Positions 9,035 to 18,439 of a DNA stretch of 32,000 bases are shown here, piece after piece. Source of the stretch: Allobaculum fili (GTDB taxonomy: Bacteria; Bacillota_I; Bacilli_A; Erysipelotrichales; Erysipelotrichaceae); contig NZ_JAHDSX010000002.1 in NCBI RefSeq assembly GCF_020969955.1, positions 30,001 to 62,000 of the forward strand. Direction: 5' to 3'. A model generated the notes under the pieces. The model ran no database searches and was not told where the DNA came from. It was given only the letters and a program-made list of their open reading frames with translations. Position 1 is the first letter of the stretch; each line of letters opens with the position of its first letter. Made by a program: the position numbers and the translations under genes.

Positions 9035-10672
9035 ATGGAGATGCCTATGAAAAATGAAAAAACAACCGCGGGAACGGCAGATTTGTCCTCCGCCGCTTCC
9101 CATTCAGAACAAAGGACACCCGTTCTTTCGGGTCTGGCGTACAAGATTTTGAATCACGCCCATCTCGATGAAAAAGAGCGGGACGAAATTCTTCATCCCT
9201 CCCCGCTTCGTCCCGTCTGCACGGCTAAATGCATGCAGGACTTTGTAAAGCGTATGGAAGAGGCGAGAGAAAAGGGCCAGAAAGTGCTGATCGCGGGCGA
9301 TTACGACTGCGACGGCATTATGTCGACGATTATTTTGTATCAGGGCCTGAAACGGTATGGCCTGGAAACGATGTACTACATTCCCGACCGCTTAAAAGAA
9401 GGATACGGCTTAAGTGAGCAGACCGTTGAAAAGGCAGCAAAAGCCAGCTATGACTTGATCATCACGGTCGATAACGGCGTATCGGCTGGTTCCGCGCTGG
9501 AACAAGCCAGAGAACTTGGCGTGGATGTGATCGTTACCGATCATCATCTGTACGAAGATGAACCGGACTGCACGCTGCTCGTTCACCCGATGAAAATGGG
9601 CGAAGACTTTGATGTATTGTGCGGTGCTGGCGTCGCCTTTGAATGCGTACGGGCGTTAGGCATAGAGGAAGAAAAATTTCTGATCTATGCGGCGGTCGCT
9701 TCGATTGCCGACTGCATGCCTGTCTTTAAGGAAACCCGATCGATTATTCAGGAAGGTCTCAAGGCGCTCAACGCCCATCACGAACCGCATTTTGATCCGT
9801 TCATTCGCTCCTATCCAGTGTGTGAAACGGATATTTCCTTTCAGGTTGCTCCTTGCATCAACGCCCTGGGCCGTCTGAGCGACCGGGCCAAAGTGAATAC
9901 GTTTGTCCGCTACATGGAAAGCACGAATCCGATCGAAATTCAGAAATACGCTGCGCGTGTAATGGAAATCAACGAAGCGCGCAAAGAAATGACGTATCAG
10001 GTGCAAAGCCAGGCGCTTGCGGAAATTAATCCGCTTTCCGCCATTCTCTTTGCGATTTCCCCGAATTTCCATGAAGGCATTATCGGTCTGGCGGCCGGCC
10101 GGCTGAGCTCCCAGTTCGATAAGCCGGCGATTGTCGGAACCTTAAACGGCGATGTAGCCAAATTCAGCATGCGCGCTCCCGAAGGCTATCACTGCCTGGA
10201 ATTCCTGCAGAAATACGATGGCTTTCTTGCCCTTGGCGGTCACGCACAGGCAGCGGGATTCGCCCTGCCGGCGGGTAAAGTCGAGGATTTTCGAAGCTTT
10301 CTGATCAAAAACGCCTCCAAAATGGTGCGGACCAAAATGCCGGCTGAACCGATGGAAATCGAAGTGTCGGACATCACCGTTGAAAACATGGATTCTCTGC
10401 AGGCGATTCGTCCGTTTGGAACCGGCTTTAAAATGCCCGCATTTGAAATCGATCAGCCGCTGATTCTTAAAAGCTTCGACTTTTCGCAAGGCCGTCATCG
10501 CCGCTTTTATCTCGATGGCGGCATCAACGCGATTCATTTCAACCAGACCTCTACGGATAAGCTGGCCAAACAGGAAGGCATTGAAAAGCTGATCGGCTCG
10601 ATTTCCATCTCGACCTGGAACGGTACGCGAAAAGCCGAGTTCATGATCGACGAAATCGTCTACGAAATCTGA
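9035..10672 (+). CDS. recJ: Single-stranded-DNA-specific exonuclease RecJ (DHH/DHHA1)
   Basis: DHH motifs 'IAGDYDCDG', 'ITVDNG' and 'VTDHH', plus DHHA1 'GGHAQAAGF'. The start is uncertain among ATG 9035, 9041 and 9047. The ORF-track start at 8783 overlaps the upstream gene and terminator. Confidence 0.85.
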   Translation: MEMPMKNEKTTAGTADLSSAASHSEQRTPVLSGLAYKILNHAHLDEKERDEILHPSPLRPVCTAKCMQDFVKRMEEAREKGQKVLIAGDYDCDGIMSTIILYQGLKRYGLETMYYIPDRLKEGYGLSEQTVEKAAKASYDLIITVDNGVSAGSALEQARELGVDVIVTDHHLYEDEPDCTLLVHPMKMGEDFDVLCGAGVAFECVRALGIEEEKFLIYAAVASIADCMPVFKETRSIIQEGLKALNAHHEPHFDPFIRSYPVCETDISFQVAPCINALGRLSDRAKVNTFVRYMESTNPIEIQKYAARVMEINEARKEMTYQVQSQALAEINPLSAILFAISPNFHEGIIGLAAGRLSSQFDKPAIVGTLNGDVAKFSMRAPEGYHCLEFLQKYDGFLALGGHAQAAGFALPAGKVEDFRSFLIKNASKMVRTKMPAEPMEIEVSDITVENMDSLQAIRPFGTGFKMPAFEIDQPLILKSFDFSQGRHRRFYLDGGINAIHFNQTSTDKLAKQEGIEKLIGSISISTWNGTRKAEFMIDEIVYEI

Positions 10673-10897
10673 TCGGAAAAAAGTCGTTTTCTGCAGGAAA
10701 GCGTGTCGGTTTAAAGCGGCATATGTGCAAATTTGTGCAGAGATCTCGCAGCTGCAGAGCGCACTCGAAAAAAATACCGGTACAATCAGACTGTACAGAA
10801 GCTCAGAAATTCGGTACGCTTGATGTTCTGTTCCTCTTGGATGGAACAGTGTGAAAAAAGAAGAAGTGCTGCAAAGCAGCCAGGAGAAAATACAACT

Positions 10898-11419
10898 ATG
10901 GATTTAAAAACCAGAATCGCTTCGATTCCCGGATTTCCAAAAGAAGGCATCATTTTCCGGGATATCACGCCGATCCTTGCCGATCCGGAAGCGCTCGCGC
11001 AGACTGCGACTGAAATCGGAAATTTTGCCAAAGAAGTAAACGCGGATGTCATCGTGGCTCCGGAAGCCCGCGGCTTCATGTTCGGCATTCCAGCCGCCAT
11101 GGACGCGAAAATTCCGTTCATTCCCGTACGCAAACCGGGCAAACTCCCGCGTCGTACCATTACGGAAACATACACGCTCGAATACGGCGAAGATTCCCTG
11201 CAGATGCATGCGGAAGATCTCAAACCGGGAAGCCGCGTTCTGATCGTGGATGACCTGCTCGCAACGGGCGGAACGTGCGAAGCGATCGCCAGCATGGTTC
11301 GCAAGGAAGGCTCCGAAGTAGTCGGCTTCGCGTTCGTTGTCGAACTCGATGACCTCAAGGCCCGCGCGAAATTCGGCGATACGCCGGTTCTTTCCCTCGT
11401 TCACTACGAAGGCGAATAG
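10898..11419 (+). CDS. apt: Adenine phosphoribosyltransferase
   Basis: Start is ATG 10898 behind AGGAGAA. 'FPKEGIIFRDITP' and the PRPP motif 'VLIVDDLLATGGT' are present. It sits in the conserved recJ-apt-relA order. Confidence 0.92.
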   Translation: MDLKTRIASIPGFPKEGIIFRDITPILADPEALAQTATEIGNFAKEVNADVIVAPEARGFMFGIPAAMDAKIPFIPVRKPGKLPRRTITETYTLEYGEDSLQMHAEDLKPGSRVLIVDDLLATGGTCEAIASMVRKEGSEVVGFAFVVELDDLKARAKFGDTPVLSLVHYEGE

Positions 11420-11616
11420 ACGGCCGTAAAAGGACACGCCGATTTTTTAAAGCACAGGAAATCCGATTCTGAATTTGTTTTGAAAAGGGAAGAGGCTGGC
11501 CATATGTTGAAAATGTATAGGACAGGCATTTCCGATTGAAAAAACAAGTAAATCGAGTAAGCTTTTCCAAAAACGATTTAAAAAAACCAAGATTTCACAT
11601 AATATGAAGAATAATC

Positions 11617-11644
11617 AGCAGCCGGGAAATAAATTCCGGCTGCT
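11617..11644. other. GC-rich hairpin in the apt-relA spacer (no clean U-tract)
   Basis: AGCAGCCGG...CCGGCTGCT 9-bp stem plus 2 AU pairs. No T-run follows on either strand, so it is not called a terminator. Confidence 0.3.
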
Positions 11645-11805
11645 CGTTCATATATCCGTTTTAAAACGTGACAGAATGTTCTCATTCCAAAAACGGAAAC
11701 GATTGACCATCGCTTTGGCTTACGGCGCTCCCAACGCTAGAGCAGCAAAGAGCGCATCTGTCATAAGGAAACCCGTACGAATCAGAAGATAAAAAGGAGG
11801 CACCT

Positions 11806-14019
11806 ATGGCGACTAAACACAGCGTCACGATTGAAGAATGTATGGAACATATTCAGACCTACATTCATCGCAAAGAAAATCTTGAGCTGATCGAAAAAGC
11901 CTGGAAATTCGCAGATCATGCCCACGAGGGACAGAAGCGAAGATCGGGCGAACCGTATACGGTTCACGTCATTCAGGTCGCCGACATTCTGGCTGGACTG
12001 CACTGTTCGCCCAAAACCATTGCCGCCGGTCTGCTCCATGACACGCTTGAAGACTGCGATGATGTTACGTACGAAATTCTGGAACAGGAATTTTCTACGG
12101 AAATCGCCGATCTGGTCGAAGCCGTCACCAAAATTGGAAAGATCAAAAAGGAATTCAAGGACGAAAAGGAATACCAGGCCAGCAATCACCGCAAAATCTT
12201 TATCGCGATGGCCAAGGACGTCCGCGTCATTCTGATCAAACTGGCTGACCGTCTTCATAACATGCGCACACTGGAATACCAGTCCGAATCCGCGCAGAAG
12301 CGCATCGCCCGCGAAACGCTCCAGGTGTACGCGCCGATCGCCCATCGTCTTGGTATTTCGCAGGTAAAAAACGAACTCGAAGATCTGAGCTTCAAGTATC
12401 TCGATCCAAGAGAATACCAGAACATCAAGCAGCTCGTCGCCAACCGCGAAAGCGAACGTAACGAGCAGGTTACCGAGATGATCAACGACATCAAGACCAT
12501 TCTCGACAATTACCATATTCCATACCGTATTTTCGGCCGCTCCAAGCACTTCTACTCCATCCATAAAAAGATGGTCACCAAGCACAAACGCTTCGAAGAA
12601 ATTCTCGACTTGCAGGCGATTCGAATCATTACCGATTCCATCGCGCACTGCTACGAAATTCTCGGCTACATTCACGCCACCTATACGCCAATCCCTGGCC
12701 GCTTCAAGGACTACATCGCGATGCCAAAAAGCAACCTGTATCAGTCCCTGCACACAACGGTCATCTCCTCGGCATCCGGCAGCACGTTTGAAATCCAGAT
12801 CCGTACCGAAGAGATGGATTCCGTTGCCGAAAAAGGTGTCGCCGCCCACTGGCTGTACAAGGAAAACAAGTCTGGCATGGACGAGGGGATGCAGACGAGG
12901 GAAATGGAAGACAAGCTTTCCTGGTTCCGCGATTTCTCCATCATCACCGACGAAGACAGTGAAGATCCGCTCGAATACATGAACACGGTGCAGAAGGACA
13001 TTTTCGAAGCCAACGTCTACTGCTTCACCCCGCGCGGCAAAGTCATCTCGCTGCCCAGCGGGGCGACGCCCATTGACTTTGCCTATCGCATTCATACCGA
13101 AGTCGGCAACCATACTGTCGGCGCACAGGTCAACGGCGGCATCGTTCCGCTCAATACTCCCCTCAAAACCGGCGATGTGGTTTCGATCATGACCAACAAA
13201 GCGTCGGCCGGCCCTTCGCCCGACTGGATCAAGATCGTCAAGAGCGCCCACGCCCGAAACAAGATCCGTGCTTTTTTCCAGAAACAGGCGCAGAAAGACA
13301 AGCGCGAAGATGTTCGCAAAGGACAGGAAATGTTAATGGACGACATGAAAAAGGCCGGACTCGATCCGTCCATCGTCCGTACATCCAAGAAAATCGACTC
13401 GATTTTGCAGAGCCTTTCCTTTAAAACGAGCGACGACCTGTACGCGGGCATTGCCGCCAAACGCATTCCGACTGCGGTCGTCATTGAACGTCTGAACACG
13501 ACTAAGGCGGCCGTCGATGACAACGAAGAAATCATCAAGCTGTTCTCGAAAAACGAGAAAAAGGAAAAAGTGTCCGACTGCGGCATCGTCGTACCGGGCA
13601 TCGACACGATCAAAGTGTCCCTTTCGCCCTGCTGCTCGCCGATCCCCGGCGATGAAGTCGTCGGCTACATCACCAAGGGTCATGGCGTCAAAGTTCACTG
13701 CAGGGACTGCCCGAACATTGCCAAGGAGTCAAAGCGTCTGATTCCTGTCGCCTGGGGCGATAATCTCGAAGACAAAACGTATCCGGTTCACCTGCAGATC
13801 GAATCCAATGATCGCAATTATCTGCTTTCGGATCTCGTTACGGTTTTCCAGCAAAACGGCATTTCCATACGGGCCATCAATTCAACCGTCAATAGCGATT
13901 CGCTGACCGCGACGACCAAAATTGAAATCATGGTGCGGAATTCCGAATCTCTTGAACGTCTGATCGCCAATCTGCGCAAGGTTCGCTCCGTCCTTTCGGT
14001 CACCCGTGTCATCCTGTAA
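11806..14019 (+). CDS. relA: Bifunctional (p)ppGpp synthetase/hydrolase (RelA/SpoT homolog, long RSH)
   Basis: 737 aa with an HD hydrolase domain ('HDTLED'), a synthetase domain ('RFKDYIAMPKSNLYQSLHT'), and TGS and ACT-like C-terminal domains. RBS is AGGAGG. Confidence 0.95.
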   Translation: MATKHSVTIEECMEHIQTYIHRKENLELIEKAWKFADHAHEGQKRRSGEPYTVHVIQVADILAGLHCSPKTIAAGLLHDTLEDCDDVTYEILEQEFSTEIADLVEAVTKIGKIKKEFKDEKEYQASNHRKIFIAMAKDVRVILIKLADRLHNMRTLEYQSESAQKRIARETLQVYAPIAHRLGISQVKNELEDLSFKYLDPREYQNIKQLVANRESERNEQVTEMINDIKTILDNYHIPYRIFGRSKHFYSIHKKMVTKHKRFEEILDLQAIRIITDSIAHCYEILGYIHATYTPIPGRFKDYIAMPKSNLYQSLHTTVISSASGSTFEIQIRTEEMDSVAEKGVAAHWLYKENKSGMDEGMQTREMEDKLSWFRDFSIITDEDSEDPLEYMNTVQKDIFEANVYCFTPRGKVISLPSGATPIDFAYRIHTEVGNHTVGAQVNGGIVPLNTPLKTGDVVSIMTNKASAGPSPDWIKIVKSAHARNKIRAFFQKQAQKDKREDVRKGQEMLMDDMKKAGLDPSIVRTSKKIDSILQSLSFKTSDDLYAGIAAKRIPTAVVIERLNTTKAAVDDNEEIIKLFSKNEKKEKVSDCGIVVPGIDTIKVSLSPCCSPIPGDEVVGYITKGHGVKVHCRDCPNIAKESKRLIPVAWGDNLEDKTYPVHLQIESNDRNYLLSDLVTVFQQNGISIRAINSTVNSDSLTATTKIEIMVRNSESLERLIANLRKVRSVLSVTRVIL

Positions 14020-14317
14020 GCCGCTGCCCGCCCTGCACAAGAAAAGGCCATTGACCGCAAGATCGGACAGTTTGTACAAAACAGTTGAGCAATACTAGAA
14101 ATTGATATCGACGGAAAGGTTTGTTTCGAAAATCGATCGTCATTCGATACAATACCCATATTGAGGCGGCGCTTTCAGAGAGTTTTCAAATCGGGCAGAT
14201 CTTTCTGTTTCCGTGGGGCACTGGAAATTCGCAGTTCTGAAGGTGTGCGTCCCTTTGCGGCTTCTGGCTGCTTGACCGGAAAGCTCAAAAGGAAAAGAGA
14301 GACAGAAGGAGAATCGT

Positions 14318-14782
14318 ATGTTTAAAAAACGTTTTGCTGCGGGTCTTCTTGCAGCAGGTATGCTGCTGGCAGGATGCAGCGGTTCCGGCGGTTCCGACGG
14401 CGCAAAAGCGGTTATGACCACGTGCACCGCAGAACAGGAAGGTCAGACCATTCAGGTTGTTCTGAACGCGCCCTCCGAAAACGCACAGATCAGCAGCATG
14501 GACATCGCCATTACTATGGACCTCTCGTCTGCGGGGGTTGACGGTGAACAGCTGATAGACCTGTATGGCAGTATGATTAAAAGCCAGGTAGCCCAAGAGC
14601 TGGGAATCGACGAAGAGGATCTGAACGTTACCGCGGACGGATCAAAGCTCAGTGTCACAGTATCGCTTAAGGATCCTAAGAAATTCTTCAGCAGTGTTCT
14701 TGGAGAAGAGGAAGTCAAAGACAGCGATCTCGTTTTTTCCACAGCCAAAGCACAGCTCGAAGCACAGTTCACCTGTGAATAG
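14318..14782 (+). CDS. Small secreted lipoprotein, paralog 2 of 3
   Basis: Lipobox 'LLAGC', 'TTCTAEQEGQTIQVVLNAP' and a C-terminal '...QFTCE'. It is clearly homologous to 15266..15745. Confidence 0.8.
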   Translation: MFKKRFAAGLLAAGMLLAGCSGSGGSDGAKAVMTTCTAEQEGQTIQVVLNAPSENAQISSMDIAITMDLSSAGVDGEQLIDLYGSMIKSQVAQELGIDEEDLNVTADGSKLSVTVSLKDPKKFFSSVLGEEEVKDSDLVFSTAKAQLEAQFTCE

Positions 14783-14804
14783 TTCAAAGCTTCCCGCTGT
14801 ATGC

Positions 14805-14842
14805 AAAACCGTTTCTTCCTGTTGGGGAAGAAACGGTTTTTT
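14805..14842 (+). terminator. Rho-independent terminator
   Basis: AAAACCGTTTCTTCC / GGAAGAAACGGTTTT 15-bp perfect stem whose right arm runs into TTTTTT. Confidence 0.9.
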
Positions 14843-15265
14843 GTGGACGCCCGCCCCTCTCACACAAAGCCGAACCCTCAGCAGAGCAGAAGAACAAAGG
14901 GGGAAAGTTTCTGGTGCGCTTAATATTGTGCGAAAGAACGAGCTCCATTTCGAAGACATCTTTTCCGCCCGGATTTTGCGCGCTCAAGATGAGGAAAGCT
15001 GAATAAAGCTGTACGAAACGGATGAACTTTAAGGGGAAAGAAGAATACTTTCAAAAAAAGCAAAATCATATTTCGATCCTTTTTGAAAATCGAGCCAGAT
15101 ACAGGTGTTCCATAAGGATTGAGTGCTTCCCCCCCCTGAAAATGTCAAAACGTGCCATAGGGTATACTGGATTCAACCTGGATAATTTACCCTTCAGGAA
15201 AGAAAATGCCTGCTGGATCGCATGCGATCCGACAGGATAAGAAAACGCGAAGAGAGGTATTTTAA

Positions 15266-15745
15266 ATGAGAAAGAGAAAGAATGGCCGCGCTGTCGCATC
15301 CGCTTTACTCATAGCGGGCACACTGCTGGCAGGATGCAGCAGTTCGAAGCCAGCAGGAAGTGAGGTCAAAGCGGAGGTGCTGACCTGCACCGTTTCACAG
15401 GAAAACCCGATCGTGAAGGTTATTATAAAAGCTCCTTTCAAAGATGAAATGGTGAACTCGATGGAATACGTTGTGATCTATGATCTTGGATCCGCCGGTG
15501 TGGAAGGACAGGATCTGCTGGATCAGTATGGCGAGTCCATGAAGTCGGATATGGCTCAGGCATATGGAATACCAGAAGACAAAATCGATTTGAAGACGGA
15601 AGGGAATCTCCTCCAGGCCAGCATCGTCTTTGATGATCCCAAAGAACGTTTAACCGACATTCTTGGAAAAGAGAAAGTCAGCGACGAGGATCTGGTTTTC
15701 TCCCGTTTCAAATCGCAGATCGCCAATAAGCTGATGTGCGAGTAA
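15266..15745 (+). CDS. Small secreted lipoprotein, paralog 3 of 3
   Basis: Lipobox 'LLAGC', 'LTCTVSQENPIVKVIIKAP' and a C-terminal '...LMCE'. Confidence 0.8.
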   Translation: MRKRKNGRAVASALLIAGTLLAGCSSSKPAGSEVKAEVLTCTVSQENPIVKVIIKAPFKDEMVNSMEYVVIYDLGSAGVEGQDLLDQYGESMKSDMAQAYGIPEDKIDLKTEGNLLQASIVFDDPKERLTDILGKEKVSDEDLVFSRFKSQIANKLMCE

Positions 15746-15787
15746 TTCCATTGATCTCTGGGAAAAGAACCGTTTCCAAAAAATGAT

Positions 15788-15850
15788 AAGCTCCCCGGCG
15801 AGCAGACACGTGAAATAAACAAACGTGTTCTTCTTGAAAGGGAGCTTTTC
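15788..15850 (+). terminator. Compound hairpin with T-run; last host-like signal before the prophage-like region
   Basis: AAGCTCCC ... GGGAGCTT outer stem enclosing ACACGT...ACGTGT, followed by TTTT. The large loop lowers confidence. Confidence 0.45.
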
Positions 15851-16079
15851 TGACCTCCACAGATGGTATCTCTCGGGGTTTCTACCTTATCTCAAGCCCC
15901 TTCAATTCAGCGATAGGTAAAGCACTTTTGGTTATCCTCCAACATTTAAGAACTTTCTAAAAGCCTCTCTCCTGATACGGTGGGGTTTTGTGGAAAAAAT
16001 ACAGTATTTCTGTTATTTTGACCCTAAACCGTATATAATTTTCGAACAGGGATAAAAGCTCCAGAACAACCGAATTACG

Positions 16080-16108
16080 TATAATTTGCAGATAGGGTCC
16101 TATCTGCA
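16080..16108 (+). promoter_or_regulatory. TATAAT -10 box followed by a 10+2+10 inverted repeat (candidate operator)
   Basis: TATAAT at 16080-16085. TGCAGATAGG (16087-16096), gt, CCTATCTGCA (16099-16108) form perfect arms 44 nt upstream of the ImmA-like gene start. Confidence 0.5.
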
Positions 16109-16151
16109 TTTTGTTTCTCGTTCAAGAATTAAAGAGAAAGAGGGTGTTAAT

Positions 16152-18089
16152 GTGAAAACCATGGATGACTTCAAAGCTTATCTGTTGAAAGTATATAAAG
16201 GAAAAATCGAGGAGCGGATTTCTGAAGATTTGACAGATTTGTTTAATCAGATTTGTGAGTTCAAGAATAATTGGTGCAAACAACCAGTCATTAAGTCTGA
16301 TTTCACTCTGCTTGAATGCGAGCTAGAATTTTCTTCAATGTCGAAAATTATCGCACATCTCCTGGTCGATGTTCATTTCGCTTGTTATGAAGTGACAATG
16401 GATAATGATGGAAATGCCGACTGGGATGTCTACGCTGCTGACCAACACACTGGAGCCTATCTTAAGCTCGAGGCGGATATCAAAGACGATCTCACCTGGT
16501 TTCAAATCTGCGATTCTTCACTGATCATTTCTGAAGATCCTTTTGAATACTTCAAAGCAAGACTTCCGGAAAATGGCCTGTTCTACTCAGACAAACTTCT
16601 CCCCCAAATTACATCTCACGACCTTAACGCTGTCGCATGTAGATTCCTGGAGGACTGCTATTATTCCAACCCTGAATGTGAACGTGGCAAAGAAATCGAC
16701 CTCATGAAGTTGGCGGAAAATATGAGGCTGACCGTTAAACTGATCAGTACCCTGTGCCGTCATGAAATTGACGGACAAATCTTCTTCAGTGATGGAACAT
16801 ACACCGATTACAATATGTGGACCGATACTTGCTCACAGGAAAACGCTACTCCTGGAACTGTGGTGGTTTATACGGGCCACTCTAGCAATCGGCACAACAA
16901 CACATTAGTTCATGAGTGCTTGCACTGGTATTTGCATCGAGCATCATTCTATTTGCAGAGACTATTAGGACATGAGCTGCCGAGCATAACTTGTCGAAAA
17001 AGCACAATGCAAGGCTATGAACACGGTGATTACTGTCAAATTCGCGAGTGGCAATCCAATAAGATTTCCCCACTCGTGCTGGTTCCATCCAGTGATAACT
17101 TACTGGAGTTAGCCCATGCTGAATTTGAAAAGGTGATTCAATCAGATCCCGGGTGTTTTCAACTAGATGCGGCAGACTCTGTAATCCGATCATTGGCAAA
17201 AAAATATAACGTATCTCCTCAGCTTTTTGCGATCCGCCTCAAAGAAGAAGGGGCAAAAAACTTAGACGGCTTTTATCGGTGTCCAAACAAAAAGTCTGTT
17301 GGCTTATCTTCCTATTGCGATCCATACCTTCTTCGTGATTGGGAACTGCGATTTGGTCAAACCTATGACATTTCTTTAGAAGAGTTTGAACAGTGGCTAG
17401 AAGAGAATCCTACAATGAAAGAAGCCCACGATCTCAACATCATTAAGCATATTGACGGTCACGTGTGCCTAGTGAAACCAAATTTATGTTCGCCGGTCAG
17501 TCCATCAAATTTATCTGAGTATGCCCGAATGCATATGGATGAATTCTGCCTTGTTTTTAACGAAAACAAATCTCGAAATTCTTATGGAGACAATTCATCC
17601 ATCCAAAACCCGAATCGTGCTGTTCCTGTTGATACTTTTAAAAAGGTGAAACAGATCATTCTGACAAACCCAACCAACCAGGAAGCAATGCAGTGGATCA
17701 AGAAACAAAGTGACGATATTCGCAATACACTGCGGACACTTGTTCAAGAGTTGAGCGCCGATACCAAAACTCTAAAAAAGTGGTCTGGATATACTACTGA
17801 AGCCATAGCCTATCAGGGTCATATAAGCGAAAGTGCGTTCAAAAATATCCTTTCTAGCAAAACCGAGGAGCCAAAACTCGAGACGCTCATCTGCCTTTGT
17901 TTTGGTATGAAATTGCCATACAAGCTTTCACTTGCTCTTTTGGAAGCCGGTGGAAAACACCTCAATAATTCTGAAACGCAATCTTGCTACGATGAGATAT
18001 TGCAGAACTATACATATGATTCACTCGAAGTCGCCAACGCATATCTAGCCTGGTGCGATATAAAACCTCTAGGAAATCCGTTGGATTAG
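16152..18089 (+). CDS. Large ImmA/IrrE-type zinc metalloprotease fused to a C-terminal XRE-like HTH, with an unknown ~190-aa N-terminal domain
   Basis: 'HECLH' HExxH at 16911-16925, with a downstream 'EWQSNKISPLVLVP' that matches the ImmA 'E..AN.FA..LL.P' pattern. The C-terminus 'ISESAFKNILS....PKLETLICLCFGMKLPYKLSLALLEAGG' is XRE-HTH-like. A GTG start at 16152 with a GAGGG RBS is preferred over the TTG at 16086. Confidence 0.6.
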   Translation: MKTMDDFKAYLLKVYKGKIEERISEDLTDLFNQICEFKNNWCKQPVIKSDFTLLECELEFSSMSKIIAHLLVDVHFACYEVTMDNDGNADWDVYAADQHTGAYLKLEADIKDDLTWFQICDSSLIISEDPFEYFKARLPENGLFYSDKLLPQITSHDLNAVACRFLEDCYYSNPECERGKEIDLMKLAENMRLTVKLISTLCRHEIDGQIFFSDGTYTDYNMWTDTCSQENATPGTVVVYTGHSSNRHNNTLVHECLHWYLHRASFYLQRLLGHELPSITCRKSTMQGYEHGDYCQIREWQSNKISPLVLVPSSDNLLELAHAEFEKVIQSDPGCFQLDAADSVIRSLAKKYNVSPQLFAIRLKEEGAKNLDGFYRCPNKKSVGLSSYCDPYLLRDWELRFGQTYDISLEEFEQWLEENPTMKEAHDLNIIKHIDGHVCLVKPNLCSPVSPSNLSEYARMHMDEFCLVFNENKSRNSYGDNSSIQNPNRAVPVDTFKKVKQIILTNPTNQEAMQWIKKQSDDIRNTLRTLVQELSADTKTLKKWSGYTTEAIAYQGHISESAFKNILSSKTEEPKLETLICLCFGMKLPYKLSLALLEAGGKHLNNSETQSCYDEILQNYTYDSLEVANAYLAWCDIKPLGNPLD

Positions 18090-18123
18090 GTATTTCAAGT
18101 AACCAAATCAACCCCTGTAAAAA

Positions 18124-18167
18124 CCTCCAGAACGCGGAAACCAACCATTGTTCGGAGGCTTTTTTTG
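18124..18167 (+). terminator. Bidirectional rho-independent terminator after the ImmA-like gene
   Basis: CCTCC(a)GAAC ... GTTCGGAGG stem, with AAAAA upstream and CTTTTTTT downstream. Confidence 0.75.
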
Positions 18168-18412
18168 TGCTCGTACTTTATTTAAAGCATTAGTTGTACG
18201 TTGCTTCACCACAATCATTGGGCACTTGAAGTGCCTTTCACCATTTCCGTCACCCACGTATTCTGACTATGCGAGGCAGCCAATGCCTCTAGAAAGTCAA
18301 AATCCTACACGGTGGCCACCGGACTGGATTCATTAAACCGAATGCCGAGTCCGTCATCTTTACTACGTCTTTTTCTGTATGCCTGCGGACTCAGTCTGCA
18401 GGTTTTTTGTTT
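18168..18412 (+). promoter_or_regulatory. Highly structured leader or small RNA ending in an intrinsic terminator (attenuator candidate)
   Basis: Hairpins at 18221-18235, 18273-18289 and 18320-18353. A terminator, CCTGCGGAC-tca-GTCTGCAGG plus TTTTTTGTTTT, lies at 18382-18412. Mutually exclusive CGGACT/GAGTCCG pairings are described in the findings. Confidence 0.5.
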
Positions 18413-18439
18413 TCCGGTCGGTGGGACCGAGTCGGAAAA

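Noticed and set aside
11782-13251. A long 489-aa minus-strand ORF inside relA. Similar antisense ORFs occur at 28474..29469 (331 aa), 3551..4501 (316 aa), 7537..8232 and 21167..21868.
   Set aside because: These are shadow ORFs opposite strongly supported genes. Their compositions are low-complexity and biased (Val/Gly/Asp/Phe-rich), and they have no RBS or family motifs.
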